Part shown: one piece after another, positions 62,076 through 64,000 of the stretch
Position numbering within the stretch: the stretch's first letter is position 1
Layout of the letters: each line of letters starts with the position of its first letter
Assembly: GCA_051532055.1 (NCBI GenBank)
Contig: JAOPTX010000007.1
Location: 64,001 to 128,000, forward strand
DNA: 64,000 nucleotides
Reading direction: 5' to 3'
Source of the DNA: Fibrobacterales bacterium
Lineage (GTDB): Bacteria > Fibrobacterota > Fibrobacteria > Fibrobacterales > JAOPTW01
Notes under the pieces: model-generated
What the model was told of the DNA's origin: nothing
The model's database searches: none
The model's input: the letters and a program-made list of their open reading frames with translations, nothing else
Translations under genes and position numbers: made by a program

Positions 62076-62106
62076 AGCCCTTTCAGTTACAACCTGGAGG
62101 GGCTTT
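62076..62106 (+). terminator. Hairpin after the DUF5610-like gene
   Basis: AGCCCTTTCAG-N7-CTGGAGGGGCT followed by TT. Confidence 0.55.
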
Positions 62107-62151
62107 AATAGACACTACCTAAACCCCCCATTAAATCACTATATTTGAAGT

Positions 62152-62520
62152 ATGAAACGATATCTCTTTCTCTTTTTAGGCACATTCTTTTTTGCACTTG
62201 GTATGGTAGGCATACTGCTCCCCATCCTCCCTACCACACCCTTTTTGCTCCTTTCTGCAGCATGCTATATGCGGAGCTCAAAAAAAATATACCTCTGGCT
62301 TACCATGCACAAAGTTTTTGGCCCACTTATCAATAACTACCTACAACACCGAGCTGTGGCCCTTAAAACAAAGTTTCTGGCTATCACAAGTCTCTGGGTA
62401 TTTATCCTCGTTGCTGTATTTGGCATCACAAATTACTGGTGGGTTCAAGGCATCCTCATTCTCATTGCCCTTGGCGTAACACTCTATTTACTCTCTCTCA
62501 AAACCCTTAGTAAACCATAG
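62152..62520 (+). CDS. ybaN: YbaN/DUF454 membrane protein
   Basis: GILLPILPTTPFLLLSAACYMRSS, FGPLI. Confidence 0.9.
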   Translation: MKRYLFLFLGTFFFALGMVGILLPILPTTPFLLLSAACYMRSSKKIYLWLTMHKVFGPLINNYLQHRAVALKTKFLAITSLWVFILVAVFGITNYWWVQGILILIALGVTLYLLSLKTLSKP

Positions 62521-62708
62521 TACACCTTCATTTTTCCTATTTCTCCCAACAACTGTTTAAAAGGCAGCTCAAAAACAGCTTTTCTTAGCCACTATCACTC
62601 AAGAGATCGAAACTTCTATAATTTTTAAAGCTGTATACTTTAATTATACCTCTTAAATTTAAAAAGCTTATATTATACATAGAGTTACCTTGTAACACCG
62701 GAGTCAAA

Positions 62709-63233
62709 ATGAAGTATTTACTCGCCATAGCAGCTACAACCCTCATAGCATGCACTTCAACTAAATCAACATCTGATACGCAAGTAACCACACAACCTAC
62801 CGCAGTGACCTTATACGAAAGCAGCGATAACGACGAGCGATTCCTAACTATGAAACCAAGTATTCTTGGAAAGTCCGGCATGAAACTGAGTCTCAAAAAA
62901 AGAGAATCCATGAGAGCAGATGCAGTGCTCCTTGTCGCTACACTCCCTGGAAAATGTGAAGACCTCGAGGCAAACATCAGCTTTGATATTGACGGAACAT
63001 ACTATTTTTTCCCAGCCAAAGAAGACGAGTCTCAGTGCCACAACAATCCACAACAAGGAACCACAAAAACAGTGGGCACCTATCTCGTCGATCTACGATT
63101 TATTGAAACTGTCCTGAGAGCGCGCCAAGTACACATTATCCTCGGCACAACAATGGGAACCTTTTCGAAAGGCGGCTTCTCAACCGCCCAATATGGCTTT
63201 AAAGAATTTTTGGCCAAAGTGAACATGCTGTAA
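62709..63233 (+). CDS. Hypothetical lipoprotein
   Basis: LIAC lipobox and GGAG RBS. Confidence 0.7.
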   Translation: MKYLLAIAATTLIACTSTKSTSDTQVTTQPTAVTLYESSDNDERFLTMKPSILGKSGMKLSLKKRESMRADAVLLVATLPGKCEDLEANISFDIDGTYYFFPAKEDESQCHNNPQQGTTKTVGTYLVDLRFIETVLRARQVHIILGTTMGTFSKGGFSTAQYGFKEFLAKVNML

Positions 63234-63310
63234 GACCTTTAAGAGCAAGGGGCGCACCTCTTATGTTTGTGTACCCATTTAATCTACCGCTACGTCTCTT
63301 GCTCTTCCCT

Positions 63311-64000
63311 CTACATCCCATCAACAACATGATATGGGGTGTTACTCGCCCCTATTAGCTTTGTATACACATTCTGCACCGTTTGACTTGCCAGACCAGG
63401 GTAAACCTCAACAACGCCACGTGTAGGACAATTATCACCAAAATCAATTGGGCTATTTGATTTATCATAACAGTCATTACATGCAGAACCACTCAGCATG
63501 CCACACTGAACCCCTGCATTCTCACAACTGTTAGCCATTATATAATAGTCAAGTGTTATATTATCAAGCATACTCGACCCAAGCCAGATGATAAAGAAAT
63601 ACTGCTCTGCATCACCCCACCAAACACCAGCGCCCCAATTAAAAGACCCGATACGATTGATCATCTTTCTCATGAGCCCATCAATACTTGGGTTGTACGC
63701 CTCTGGAGCAAATGCTCCGTACCACTTGCCAACATCTGTCATCTGGGGAGGGCTTGTTATATCACACACATCACCGACCGTACAATATTTTCTCTCGGCC
63801 TTCCACCAGTTACTGTTATCATTCGCGCCATTCATCTGACTCGCCACAAAGGTCATTGAATGGTGATACATATCAAACGTTTCATCTGCAATAGTAACCT
63901 GAGTTTTTTGCTCCATCATTCCTTGCGCTGGACCTGTTGGATTTCCACAGGTCCCAGTATAGGTATTACTGCCATTGAGGCCATCGAGATATCGACGCAC
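63311..64000 (-). CDS. C-terminal part of a Cys-rich protein with PARG-like motifs (start lies outside the window)
   Basis: Frame is open to the window edge; VGKWYGAF, GSFNWGAGVWWGD..YFFIIWLGSS, TVQNVYTKL. Confidence 0.55.
   Translation of the reverse strand: MRRYLDGLNGSNTYTGTCGNPTGPAQGMMEQKTQVTIADETFDMYHHSMTFVASQMNGANDNSNWWKAERKYCTVGDVCDITSPPQMTDVGKWYGAFAPEAYNPSIDGLMRKMINRIGSFNWGAGVWWGDAEQYFFIIWLGSSMLDNITLDYYIMANSCENAGVQCGMLSGSACNDCYDKSNSPIDFGDNCPTRGVVEVYPGLASQTVQNVYTKLIGASNTPYHVVDGM

Noticed and set aside
674..63894. Numerous 60-150 aa ORFs nested in or antisense to the called genes (e.g. 23379, 25649, 26114, 38291, 56392, 62585)
   Set aside because: Shadow frames of well-supported genes, with no recognisable motifs.

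Overview
Core chromosome of a bacterium that is probably Fibrobacterota. This is inferred from a TIGR02147-type gene paired with a GSETTN-motif lipoprotein and from many secreted enzymes with Ser-rich linkers and a short C-terminal sorting-like tail. Positions 1-15 kb hold one minus-strand run: lptC-lptA-lptB-rpoN-hpf-hprK-2x mlaD(MCE)-ptsH-ptsI-slt-DMT-mlaE-murJ. Positions 15-35 kb hold mostly housekeeping genes (trmH-type methylase, ispA, zapB-like/zapA, fumarase, ilvD, purT) and a RelA/SpoT-TPR protein. Positions 35-64 kb are rich in polysaccharide-active genes: PL14, GH31, expansin-like, two GH55, a thaumatin lipoprotein and a GH-A/SGNH fusion. The signals most worth checking are two back-to-back 6S-like RNA rods after zapA, a Cys-rich protein with canonical-PARG-like motifs at the right edge, a lipoprotein beta-1,3-glucan cluster, a TIGR02147/lipoprotein module with 20-bp-phased upstream repeats, and a sigma28-type sRNA candidate. 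I saw no rRNA, tRNA, CRISPR array or mobile element. All calls come from manual motif recognition; no searches were run.
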